Source: a virus
Strand: one strand, 5' to 3'
Virus record (IMG/VR): IMGVR_UViG_3300044259_000094
Coordinates: 31,734 to 95,733 of that record
Length of the DNA: 64,000 nucleotides
The notes below the pieces were generated by a model. It saw only the letters and a list, made by a program, of their open reading frames with translations, was not told the DNA's origin and searched no databases. Position numbers and translations under genes: made by a program. Numbering within the stretch: the first letter of the stretch is position 1; every line of letters begins with the position of its first letter. Positions 18,567-29,800 of this stretch are shown here, piece after piece.

Positions 18567-18848
18567 TTACTTCAAAGGACTGGGTTTGACTTGCTGGGTT
18601 TTGATGCACTCAAGCACTTGTGTGGCGCACAGCTTGAGTTCGGCTTCCAGAACGTTAGCTCTGGAAATCCAGTCTTCATTGCTTCGAGGTTGATTGAATC
18701 CCGGGAGTGGGCATGGTGTCAGAGCGCACCGTTCCACCTTGCTCTCCGATTCCGTATAAACGGGGATCGGTTGTGGCTTCACGGATGAACAGCCGACCAA
18801 GAGCATCAGGTACAGGCTGAGCGAGGTAATCGCGGACTGCTTGGTCAT
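18567..18848 (-). CDS. o-spanin (Rz1-like lipoprotein)
   Basis: Lipobox LLVG-C; Pro/Cys-rich; overlaps the 3' half of the i-spanin gene in another frame. Confidence 0.85.
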   Translation of the reverse strand: MTKQSAITSLSLYLMLLVGCSSVKPQPIPVYTESESKVERCALTPCPLPGFNQPRSNEDWISRANVLEAELKLCATQVLECIKTQQVKPSPLK

Positions 18849-19146
18849 TCTCTTTTACCTGCTGGATGGCTTGATCGAGCTTGCGGCCTTGGCTACGAAT
18901 ATCGCCCTTCAACGCCTCAAAGTCCACACGAATTTCTTGAACCTGGCTGATGACCGACTCTCTGTCGGTGTACAGTTTCGTTTGCGACTCTAGCGCAGCT
19001 TGAAAACTAGCGCTCTGAGTCGCTAGAACGCTGTTTTTAGCGCGTTCAACGTCGAGCGCTGATCTGTAGTAGATAATTGCAGCGCTAAGCGCTATGAGCA
19101 CGCTAAGCGCTGCTAGCGCAGCTGTGATTTTCGCTTGAAGATTCAT
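18676..19146 (-). CDS. i-spanin (Rz-like)
   Basis: N-terminal TM plus coiled coil, ...VRDYLAQPVPD; follows the endolysin. Confidence 0.85.
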   Translation of the reverse strand: MNLQAKITAALAALSVLIALSAAIIYYRSALDVERAKNSVLATQSASFQAALESQTKLYTDRESVISQVQEIRVDFEALKGDIRSQGRKLDQAIQQVKENDQAVRDYLAQPVPDALGRLFIREATTDPRLYGIGEQGGTVRSDTMPTPGIQSTSKQ

Positions 19147-19637
19147 TGGTAGGGACTCAGGCAGAGTTCTTGTTCACGAAGCCGGCGCTCCCATACTCCC
19201 CAGCAGTTGTTCGAACGGACAGAGCAGTCTAAGCCGCCTGCGAACTTCCAACGTGGGAGCTGATTGCAGGCTCCGATTATGTCGCCTGAGTTGGCTTTCT
19301 TGAGAAGAGTTGAGGACTTGAAATTACCACCACCGGCGTTGAAGACAAAGCTGGTGAAGCTAACCAGTACGGGTTCAGGCAATTCAACCTTTGTGTTCTG
19401 GAGAACGACTTGCATCGCCTTCCAGATGTCGGTGCGGAACAAGGTTTCGCACATGGCGTTCGTGTAGACCAGACCCTTCTTGACCTCCGGGCCAGTATGA
19501 CCCCGACAGATAGTCCAGACCTTCACGCTGTCTTGATAGGCTTTGAGACTGATACCTTCTTCTGGACCGATGAATGCCGCCGAAGCGGCAATAGCACCGG
19601 TGAAGGCGGTAGCAAGTAAGGTCTTTTTAACGTCCAC
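19143..19637 (-). CDS. SAR endolysin, GH24 lysozyme
   Basis: Ala/Gly-rich N-terminal SAR segment; E-X8-D-X5-T triad (EGISLKAYQDSVKVWT); FNAG; SSTLLKK. Confidence 0.92.
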   Translation of the reverse strand: MDVKKTLLATAFTGAIAASAAFIGPEEGISLKAYQDSVKVWTICRGHTGPEVKKGLVYTNAMCETLFRTDIWKAMQVVLQNTKVELPEPVLVSFTSFVFNAGGGNFKSSTLLKKANSGDIIGACNQLPRWKFAGGLDCSVRSNNCWGVWERRLREQELCLSPYQ

Positions 19638-19657
19638 ACTTCACCTCCACTAAGGCG

Positions 19658-19867
19658 TTAGCCTTTCTTTTTCTTGAACTTGGCGGCCCATTCGCCGATC
19701 TGAACCCAATACTTCGGGATCAAAAGGCCGATAGACATCACCAAATACAGCAGAGTAAGGACCGTGATCCACTCTGTAGGGGTCATGCCCATTAGTACCG
19801 CTCCCGTAACTGCAACTGGTGGTGCTACTTTCAAGCCCTCCACCCCAATTTCTACTGCGGCGCTCAT
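19658..19867 (-). CDS. holin (class II-like / pinholin candidate)
   Basis: 69 aa, APPVAVTG...EW..LTLLYL, basic C-terminus; directly upstream of the endolysin. Confidence 0.8.
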   Translation of the reverse strand: MSAAVEIGVEGLKVAPPVAVTGAVLMGMTPTEWITVLTLLYLVMSIGLLIPKYWVQIGEWAAKFKKKKG

Positions 19868-19987
19868 CAGGAAATTACCATCTGAGGTTTAGAGCTGAGG
19901 TTCTTTTTCATAGTCTTGCGCCTCTTATGGTTGGCTAAGTGCTAGCACGGAATATTCTATTGCAAATTTTACTTTTTCACCTGATAG

Positions 19988-20015
19988 AAAAAGGCCAATC
20001 TCGAAAGATTGGCCT
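19988..20015 (-). terminator. intrinsic terminator ending the tail operon
   Basis: AGGCCAATCT-TTCG-AGATTGGCCT-TTTT. Confidence 0.9.
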
Positions 20016-20052
20016 GATTTTTGATCGATGGCGCTAAAGTTTAGCGTCGTTT

Positions 20053-20286
20053 TTATTCCACCGGATCGGGTTCAGCAGGGACGACCGGAGCCGGGTCAGC
20101 CTTGGTGATCACAACGGCGGCGGTGTAGGTCTTCTGAACCTGGGCAACCGCGAGCTGAGCTTTCGGGTTGGTGTTCAGGAAGGCTTCTGCGGCTGCTTCG
20201 GCTTCCAGGAAGGTACCGTACTCGACGCCAAAATTCGGCGAGAACGGGTTTTCTTTGTTCAGAACGATGAAGGTCATTTCTTCCAT
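20053..20286 (-). CDS. hypothetical protein (tail region)
   Basis: AAGGA RBS; 77 aa. Confidence 0.7.
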   Translation of the reverse strand: MEEMTFIVLNKENPFSPNFGVEYGTFLEAEAAAEAFLNTNPKAQLAVAQVQKTYTAAVVITKADPAPVVPAEPDPVE

Positions 20287-20348
20287 TTCCTTTCAGTTAC
20301 CACAAGTGGACAAGCCGCCGGGATGGTGGCTTTTTCCAAGTGTACCAG

Positions 20349-20540
20349 CTACGAGTTCAAATCACCCTGAAATCTCTTTGGGTATTTGTCCTTGACAGCT
20401 TTGATCCTTGAGTACATAGGCTCTATCTTTGGGATCATGCCTTGATCCATGGCGTGCCAGATGGAATCCATCTGCTCCTCGATCGAGGGGTATTCCTCGG
20501 ACCGGCGCTTCCTGTGGTCCGATTCGTGCTTAATTTTCAT
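20349..20540 (-). CDS. small tail-associated protein
   Basis: RRSEEYPSIEEQMDSIWH...IKAVKDKYPK motif typical of tail-fibre chaperone-like proteins. Confidence 0.7.
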   Translation of the reverse strand: MKIKHESDHRKRRSEEYPSIEEQMDSIWHAMDQGMIPKIEPMYSRIKAVKDKYPKRFQGDLNS

Positions 20541-20883
20541 ATAGTAACTCCATCGGCATATACGGCCAGATCTTTATTTCGATTTTGTGAGCCGCTTCAA
20601 TAGAGAAGCTCAGTTCGATGTCCGAGCCATCCGCTTCGTACTCCATATCGTCAATGATTACCGACGCACCCTCGGGTACACCACTCAGGATGTTGCCATT
20701 CAGAGTAGCGTTCAGGATAGGGCGATTGACAACCTCGCCCATGCTGACGTACTGCCGAGTCATATCGGCTTCCTTTTCGACGAACGACTTGGCTTCCTGG
20801 TTCACTAGGCGGATGGAGCCTGGAGACGAATGCGTCTCCAGGATCTCACCAGTGACCGGGTCGTACACGGTCAGGTAGTTCAT
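20530..20883 (-). CDS. tail-associated hypothetical protein
   Basis: VYDPVTGEIL N-terminus; coupled to the tip protein stop codon. Confidence 0.7.
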   Translation of the reverse strand: MNYLTVYDPVTGEILETHSSPGSIRLVNQEAKSFVEKEADMTRQYVSMGEVVNRPILNATLNGNILSGVPEGASVIIDDMEYEADGSDIELSFSIEAAHKIEIKIWPYMPMELLYEN

Positions 20884-23800
20884 TACTTCATCGCTCCAAT
20901 AATGGTGATGCCGTAGGACGACTGGGCATCACTGTCGACGGTTACATAGTAGCTACCAGCGCCAACATAGAAGCTATAGCTTGCGCAGGAGGTAGACGGG
21001 TTGTAATCGCCTTGGTAGTAGAAGCCATTAGTGTAACCCCCAACGACACGGCTAAGAAGGGTGCCGGCGGAGTTATACAGGTTGATGTAGATCGGCTGAC
21101 CACCAATGTATTTCGACGACCGGTTAGCCGTCACGATGATCGCCAGGTTAACGGCAGCTGGGTACGAAATCACAGCAGTCGCACCGCCGTTGCCGTTAAC
21201 TTGAGCGTAGTACGGGATCGTTACCGCGTTACCCGCAATCTTGATCGTATCGACAGCCAGATCCTGAATTTTGGCATTGGTAATATGCCCGTTCATGATG
21301 TGGGTGTCGGCGATCTGAGCCGTACCAATCTTCGCGTAGGTGATAGCCGCATCAGCGATGTGAGCAGTGGTGATGGTTGCTGCAGCGATAGTGGCTACGT
21401 TCAGACGCACGATCCCGCCAACAACTTGGAACGGAGCAATCGCGTTGCTGTTGCCCGGGTTGATCATCACAATCCGATCCGCCTGGAAGGCGATCTGAGA
21501 CTGAGTGATACCCTGACTGGTGTTCTGGATACCAATACCCATACCAGCGAAGTATTGAGTGCCGTCAGAGGACACCTGAACCTTAGCAGTCCAAGAGGCG
21601 CTCAACTTGCCATCCAGCGTAGACAATGCGGTCGATGTGGTGGAAATCGAAGCGGTGTTGGTACCCACGCTGCTCTGGAGAGTGCTAATCGAGGACGCCT
21701 GAGAGGTGATGTTACCCTCGGCAGTAGTCACGCGAGTAGTCAGGCTGTTCAGAGCGGTCGCTTGAGCCTGTGCCTGGGTGTAGCTGGTACCGGCTTCGAA
21801 GGTCGAAGGGGTGGTGTTGGTACCGATCTGCTTCTCGATCATGATGCGGTCGAAGAAGATATCGCGGCCAGAAACACCCGATACGTTAGGCTGTAGCGCT
21901 ACAGCCATCTGAGTGCCGGAGAAGGTGGTAGCGTTGGTCATATCAATGACCATCGAGTAGCGCACCCAGCCAGTGGTCAGGGAGAACAGAGCCGAAGTGG
22001 TGCTACCCACAGTAGCGGTCGAGGTCACATACCGGGTGAAGGCCCGGATCTGATGACCAGCAACGCTCGCCTTGGCGTAGAACGACAGGATGTACTTCGA
22101 GTTGTCGTAGCTGATCGGGAACGAGCCGACCGCACCAACCACGTTAGAGGTATGCAGATAGCAGGCGACGGTGGTGCTGGTGCTAGAGGTCGCAAACTTC
22201 AACGCATAGCCGCCCAGAGCAGCGCTATCTACAACGGTATCGTAGGTGAGACCGGTGCTGATTGCGCCAATGGTAGGCTTGTTTGGACCGAACACGGAGT
22301 ATTCGGACGGGTTCAAGTTGCTACCAGAACCACCGATACCACCCACAGTGCTTTGCAGCGCGGTCACGGCGTTACCCTGAGAGGTGATGGTACCCTCAGC
22401 AGTGGTTACACGAGTGGTCAGCGCGTTCAGAGCACTGGTGTCTGCCTTGTTGGCTACGGTGTTGTTCAGGCTGGTGATCGCAGAACCCTGCGAAGTCAAA
22501 GTACCTTCGGCAGTGGTTACGCGAGTATCCAGAGTCTGGATAGCGGCAGCCTGAGCGCTCAGCTGACCAGAACGTTTGGTGAACGACGGTTTGCTGATGT
22601 AGAAGTCACCAGCAGAGCCAGCTGAAACCCGGAGGTTCATGGCTACACGCAGGCAGTCCGGGGCGACAGTCCAGGTACCAGTCACCTTAACCCAAGCGTT
22701 TGCGGTCTGGCTTGTCTGAACACCGTCGCCACCAGTAGTTGCCCAGGTATGCCCGATAGAGGCGTTAGCGGCATCGTATTGCTGAACCCAGATACCGAAT
22801 ACCCGTGCGGCTACGGTGCTGTAGATGTAGACCTCGAAGTCGTAGACCTCACCGCCGGTGGTCATCATGTCGTGAAGCCGGCTGCCACCGAAGCGGACGT
22901 TAGGCGACACAATGAAACCGCTGTAGTTGTTGCCGGTCGACTGGGCTACAGACCACTTAACAGCTCGACCACTCGGGCAGCCTACAGGAGCGTCAGCTCT
23001 CTGAACTACCGTTGCGGAAGACGTGTTAGTCATACCAGTGCTTGTCGCGAAGGTTGGATCTTCAATGAAGTTCTCGGTCGCGATGTTGCCCAAGCTGCTA
23101 GTCAGGTTGGTAATCGAACCACTTTGAGAGGTGATGTTGTTCTCAGCGGTGGTTACACGAGTGGTCAGAGCGGTCAACGCCGAAGCGTCAGCCTTACCGT
23201 TCACAGTCGTGGTCAGGTTGGTGATCTGAGTTGCCTGAGTGGTGTTCACACCTTCGGCCGCAGTTACGCGAGCATCCAATGCAGTCTGCGCAGTTGCCAG
23301 GCCAGCTACTTCGGCTGCGATTGGGCCGGCAGCAAACACAGAAGGCTCAGTGCCGCCGGCGATCTGACGCTCGATCATCACCGAGTCGATGGTTACTTCG
23401 GTACCAACTACACCGTTCCGGTTGAAGAAGAAGGTGTAGCCAACCTTGGTTGCAGCGGTAACGGTGATTACACCGGAGTAGCGAGCGCGAGTCGTACCGA
23501 TGTTGAAGGTCGAGGTCATGCGCTGAGCACCGTCATACATGCTCAACTGCACCTGAGAGCCGTTTGGCGACGAGGCGTAGAACGAGCAGATGTAGGTACC
23601 CGGGTCCAGAGGCAGGTTCCAACCGGCAGCGCTGTTGCTTGGCGCCAACATCAGGTACGCACCGCTGTTAGTGGTGGTAGACGTGGCCTTATAACCGAAC
23701 CCGCTAGTTGCTTCCGCTACAGCTACCCCAACTCGGCTTGCGTTCGAAACGGTAGTAGCCGGGATAGAGGTGGAGGTCACCCAGCTGTAGGTCGAAGCCA

Positions 23801-26800
23801 GCAGGTTAGAGCCGTTACCAGCGATGTTACCCAGGGTAGCCGAGACGTTGGTCAGGGAAGTACCTTGGCTGCTGATAGTACCTTCTGCGGTGGTTACGCG
23901 AGTGGTCAGCGCATTCAGTGCCGATACATCAGCCTTGTTACCAATGCTGTTGTTCAGGCTAGTAATCGCGGTGCCCTGCGAAGTGTTCACACCCTCGGCA
24001 GCAGTAACTCGGGTAGTGAGAGCAGTTACAGCCGACGCATTCAGAGCGCTCTGACGGAAGCTATTGCCCGGCTCAAATACCGACGGAGCGGTGTTAGAAC
24101 CAATAGCCTCTTCGATCATGATCTTGTCGAGCCAGAAGGTGCGACCAGAAGTGACCGATACGTTGGTCTGCAAGCAGAGCATCATCAGATCACCAACATG
24201 GGAAGCGGAGGTCATATCAATGACCGCGCTGTATCGTACCCAATCGGTAGTCAGAGCTTGGTTTTGACTGGAGATGGTCGAGTTCACACTCGCATTATCC
24301 GAGGACCGGATGGTCTTCAAGAACGGAGCGATGGTGTGACCAGCTACAGCAGCTTTCGCGTAGTAGGACAGGATGTATTTGGTGCGCTTGAACCCCATGT
24401 TGGCGTGAGCATAGATGATGCTCGAACCAGCAGAAGGCGCGAAGTACATGGTGCTGTTGGTGGTGTTGTTGGTGGTGACCTTGAAAGCGTAACCGCTAAA
24501 CGCTGCAACATCAGCCTCAACACCGACGGAGTACGCCGAGTTGGTCGAGGTTACAGGCGCGTCAGAAGTGAAAGCGGAGTATTCGGCCGGCATCATGTTA
24601 GAGCCGGTACCACCGATAGCATTCACCGAGTTGTTAAGGTTCGTGATGCTGGTGCCTTGAGAGGTGTTAACCCCTTCGGCAGCAGTTACACGGGTAGTAA
24701 GAGCCGTCAGAGCCGAAGCGTCAGCTTTTCCGGTCAGGCTGTTGTTCAGGTTGGTGATCGCAGAACCCTGAGAAGTCAGGGTGCCTTCTGCGGCAGTTAC
24801 CCGGGAGTCCAGCGACTGAGTTGCAGCACCCAGAGCAGCAGTCTGGATGTAAGAGCTACCAGGAACAAACACAGATGGATTCGAGTTCGAACCAATCATT
24901 GGCTCGACCATGAATCGGTCCCAGTACACAACGCGACCACTTACGCCAGATCGGTTGAACTGGATACCCAGGCTCATCCGGTCTTTGTTGTCGTAGGCAG
25001 AGGTGTCGTGGTCAACCACTACGCTGTAGCGAGCCCAATCAGTGGTCAGAGTGTGAACCACAGTAGTCGGGTTAGCGGTGCCGCCGGCGGCGTCCTTAGC
25101 GCGCAGGAACAGAGACACCTGATGACCAGCAGTCTCAGCCTTGGCGTAGAACGAAATGATGTACTTACCGCGCTTGAACGGCATACGGTAGTTTTCATAC
25201 ACGTCGGTACCATTTACGGTGTAAATGGTCACACTGTTGGTGGTGTTCACCGAAGTGGTCTTGTAAACAAACCCGCCCAAGCCTTGAGGGTCAGCTACCA
25301 CAGTACCTACGTTAGTTGCGTAGGTCATTGGCGGTACAGTCGCATCCATGAAGCAGGCGTACTCTGCTGGCACCAGGTTGGTACCGGCACCGCCAATCGC
25401 GCTCACCGAAGTGTTCAGGTTGGTGATGGAAGTACCCTGCGAGGTGTTCACACCTTCGGCGGCAGTAACCCGGGTAGTCAGGGCATTCAGCGCGGAGGTA
25501 TCCGCTTTACCTGCTACGGTGTTGTTCAGCGAGGTGATCGAGCTACCTTGAGAAGTCAGGGTACCTTCCGCTGCGGTAACGCGAGTATCCAGAGCCTGAG
25601 TAGCAGTTGCCAGCGAGCGCTCAGCGGCGTTCTGGCGGGAGAGCGACAGGTTGGCAACCCACATCTTGAAACCGACAACTGCAGGCGCGTCTGGTACCAG
25701 ATACAGGGAAACCTCAGTGGTCTGCGCAGGAACTGTGACCTGCACAGACAGCTTCTGCCAACCACCTGCGGCCATATCATAGCCCAGGATGCGAACGTTG
25801 CCGTTTACGCTTGTAGAACCGTTGATCCAGTAGGTAATAGCGATTTTGCCCGCGTTCAGCGTGGCGTTCTCGCAGTACATCTGGCACTCAACATTGAGCA
25901 CTTCACCCGGGGTTGCTGCGGTACGGTTACTACCGTTGGTGAAGTACAGCGCGTTACCACCCCAGCCCGATACGTTACCTGCTTTCGACATGCACAGCAG
26001 ACGGTTAGCGGGGGCAGCGGCGGGTACACCGGCGTCGGTCTTGCTGAAATACTGAATTGGGAAGTCAGCAGTACCGCTGATCAGGTCGCCGGCCGCGTTG
26101 AAGTCTGGGTTGCGCAGCAGGTTGTCCTGACTGGTGTTAGCCATGCTGGTGTTCAGGCTGGTGATCGAGTTCGCCTGAGTAGTGTTCACGCCCTCAGCCG
26201 CAGTAACTCGGGTAGTCAGAGCAGTCAGAGCAGAAGCATCGGCCTTACCAGCCAGCGAGCTGGTCAGGTTGGTGATCGAGGTAGCCTGCGAGGTGTTTAC
26301 ACCCTCTGCACTGGTCAGACGGACATCCAGGGCCTGAACGGCAGAGCCAAGTGCAGCTGCTTGACGCAGGCTGTTACCAGGCACGAATACCGAAGGAGCG
26401 GTGTTGCTGCCAACCATTGGCTCCAACATGAAGCGATCAAGGTAGATAACTCGACCTGCTACCCCGGATCGGTTGATCTGGATGCCAACGATCATCTTGT
26501 CTTTGTCGGCAAAGCCAGAGCCAGTCAGATCCACAACGCTCGAATACCGCTGCCAAGAGGTTGTCAGAGCATCTTGTGGAGCGCCGGCGGAGCTTGCAGC
26601 GGAACCAGCGGAGTTACGAGTGCGTGCGAACACCGCAATGGTGTGACCTGCAGTATCGGTTTTCGCGTAGTAGGACAGGATGTACTTACCCGGCTTGCAC
26701 GCGATGTTAGCGGAAGCATAGTCCTCTGGGGTTGGCGACAAGTAGATCGCAGCACTGGTGCTGGTGTTTGCGCTCGTTACCTTGAGTGCATAGCCATTGA

Positions 26801-29800
26801 AAGCCTGTGCATCAACCACAGTCTCGGACAGGGAAGTTGCATAGACGATATCCGGCTTGGTAGCACCGAAGGTCGAATACTCTGCCGGAACAAGGTTAGT
26901 ACCGGTACCACCGATTGCATCCATGGATGCAGTCAAGCTGGTGATCGAGTTGCTCTGCGAGGTGATCGAGTTCTCAGCAGTGGTTACACGGGTGGTCAGC
27001 GCATTCAGAGCGGTAGTGTCCGCTTTACCCGCTACCGAGTTGTTCAGCGAGGTGATCGAGTTACCCTGGCTGGTGTTCACACCCTCAGCTGCGGTCACGC
27101 GAGTAGTCAAAGCGGTCAACGCGCTAGCGTCTGCTTTGCCGGCCAGGCTGTTGTTCAGACCGGTGATTGCGGAACCCTGGCTGGTGATCGTGCCCTCGGC
27201 ATCGGTGACGCGAGCGGACAGAGCGCTGGTGGCATCCGCTTGGTTGCGAGCCTGTACCGAACGACGCTGAATGACTGGTCGACCAACCCATACGGTGAGT
27301 GGTTCAGCGTGAATGCTTGCGCGCAGGGTGATGTTCAGGCTGACAGCAGTCGCCGGGATGGTGATCGAGCCAGAGATAGTAACCCACTGACCGTTTACGC
27401 CAGTGATGCTGGTCGACGAAGGCGTCAGCCAACCGTGGTTAATCGAAGTGCCATTCAGGCTGTACGGCTGTACCCAGATACCGAACTGACGATCACTGGT
27501 GCCTTCACGATATACGGTGAAGGATACGTCGTATACCTCGCCTTCCTGAACAGCCAGGCGACCAGTAGTATCACGCAGCAGCACAGGCCAAGCGGTGCGC
27601 TGATAGATATTGCCGGTGGAGCTTGCCGCATAGACGAACTTCAAGAGACGTGGCGAAGGTGCAGCCGCAGGCGCCGATGCGTCAGTGCGATCAACGTTGG
27701 TGATGGTGACATTGGACACGGTAGGGAAAGCGTTGCGGCCATCCGTGAAGTCCGGGTCATACATCAGGTTCTCTTGCGGCAGAGCATTCAGACCAGTCTG
27801 AATAGTCGTGATCTGCGAACCCTGAGCGGTCAGCGTAGAGCCCTGCTGAGTAACGGTGTTGTTCAGCGCGGTCAGAGCACTGGCGTCAGCTTTATCGGCC
27901 AGGTTGTTGGTCAGAGTGGTGATCGAACTGGACTGGGACGTGTTCACACCCTCAGCCGCAGTTACGCGAGCCTCAAGAGCGGTGTTCGCGGTAGCGTTGG
28001 TCAGAGTTTGACGGAAGCTATCACCCAGAACGAACGCAGATGGCGAAGTGTTCTCACCGATCATAGGTTCGATCATGATCTTGTCGAGCCAGAAGATGCG
28101 GTTTGCTACTGCGGACACGTTGGTCTGCAGACACAGCAGCATCATGTCGCCAACATGAGTAGCGGAGGTCATATCGATGACCGCGCTATAACGAGTCCAG
28201 CTGGTGGTCAGCGCTTGGTTCTGAGTAACGATGGTCGAGTTGACGCTCGAACCGTCGGACGAAATCGACTTGAGGAACGGTGCGATGGTGTGACCAGCTA
28301 CTGCCGATCGAGCGTAGTAGGACAGGATGTACTTGCCACGCTTGAAGCCCATGTTCGCGTGAGCATAGGTGATCGACGAAGGGCCGGATGGTACGAAGTA
28401 CATCGCACCGTTAGCGGAGGTCAGTGCGGTGATCTTGAGAGCGTAACCGTTGAACGTCGCAGCATCCGCATCACCGACAATCGAGTAAACGGCGTTGCTC
28501 GACAGAACAGGCGGGTTCGCCGCGAATACGTTGTACTCAGCCGGCAGCATGTTCGAACCTGCGCCACCGATGTTACCCAGAGTTGCTTGTACGCTGGTCA
28601 GGCTGTTGCCCTGAGAAGTCAAGGTGTCTTCCGCAGCAGTAACCCGGGTGGTCAGCGCATTCACCGCAGAGACATCAGCTTTACCAGCCAGGCTGTTGTT
28701 CAGCGAGGTGATGCTGTTGCCTTGAGAGGTGATGTTCCCCTCAGCGGTAGTCACTCGGGTAGTCAGAGCATTGAGTGCAGAAGCGTCGGCTTTGGTAGCC
28801 AGAGCGCTTGCGTCAGCCTTGCTAGCCAGCGAAGTGTTCAGGTTGGTGATCGAGGTAGCCTGAGACGTGTTAACGCCTTCTGCTGCCGTTACACGCGCAT
28901 CCAGAGCAGAGGTAGCCGAAGCCAGACCTGCAATCTGCGAAGCAGTCGGGCCAGCTACAAACGGGGAAGCTACGTTGCTTTCACCGATACGCTTCTCCAG
29001 CATCACCGAGTCAATGATGACCTCAGTACCAGTTACACCACCAACGTTTGGATACAGGGTAACTGCGATCTTGGCCGAATCAGTGACAGTAACCGGCAGA
29101 GAGTAGCGAGTGCGGGTCGCGCTCAGAGCGGTAGTGGTGGTGTAGCGGCTTGCACCGTTCCACAGGTTCGCACGGATCGAGGCACCGGTAGTGGTCGAAG
29201 CGTAGAACGAAACCAAGTAGATGCCGGGTTCAATCGGGATGTTGTAGCCAGCAGCGTTGTTGCTTGGGCACAGCATGAAGAACAGGCCAGCGCTGTTGGA
29301 GCCTGCGGTGAACTTGTAACCGAAACCGCTGATAGCTTCTGCCACAGCCACACCCACAACGGTAGTACCGGTGTTCAGCGGAGTGGTTGGCAGGGTAGCG
29401 CTGGTCAGCCAGGAGTATTGAGCCGGCACCATGTTGCTGCCGTTACCCGCGATGTTACCCAGAGTGGCTTGCACGCTGGTCAGCGAGTTGCCTTGCGAGG
29501 TGATGGTACCCTCAGCCGCAGTGACACGGGTGGTGAGTGCGTTAACGGCGCTCGCATCTGCTTTACCAGCAACACTGTTGGTCAGGTTGGTGATTGCAGT
29601 GCCTTGCGAAGTGTTCACACCTTCGGCCGCAGTTACACGGGTCGTCAGAGCCGTCAGAGCGGAAGCGTCAGCTTTGCCGTTCAGAGTGGTCTGAATGCCA
29701 TTGATGGTCGACGCCTGAGAAGTCAGGGTGCCATTGATGGTACCGATGTTGGTTTCAGCGGTGGTTACACGCGCAGCCAGGCCGTCGGCCGAAGACACAA

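Noticed and set aside
21700-29780. CRISPR array or diversity-generating retroelement in the repeated region
   Set aside because: Repeats are degenerate in-frame protein linkers spaced ~700-900 bp apart; no cas or reverse transcriptase genes and no adenine-specific TR/VR pair noticed
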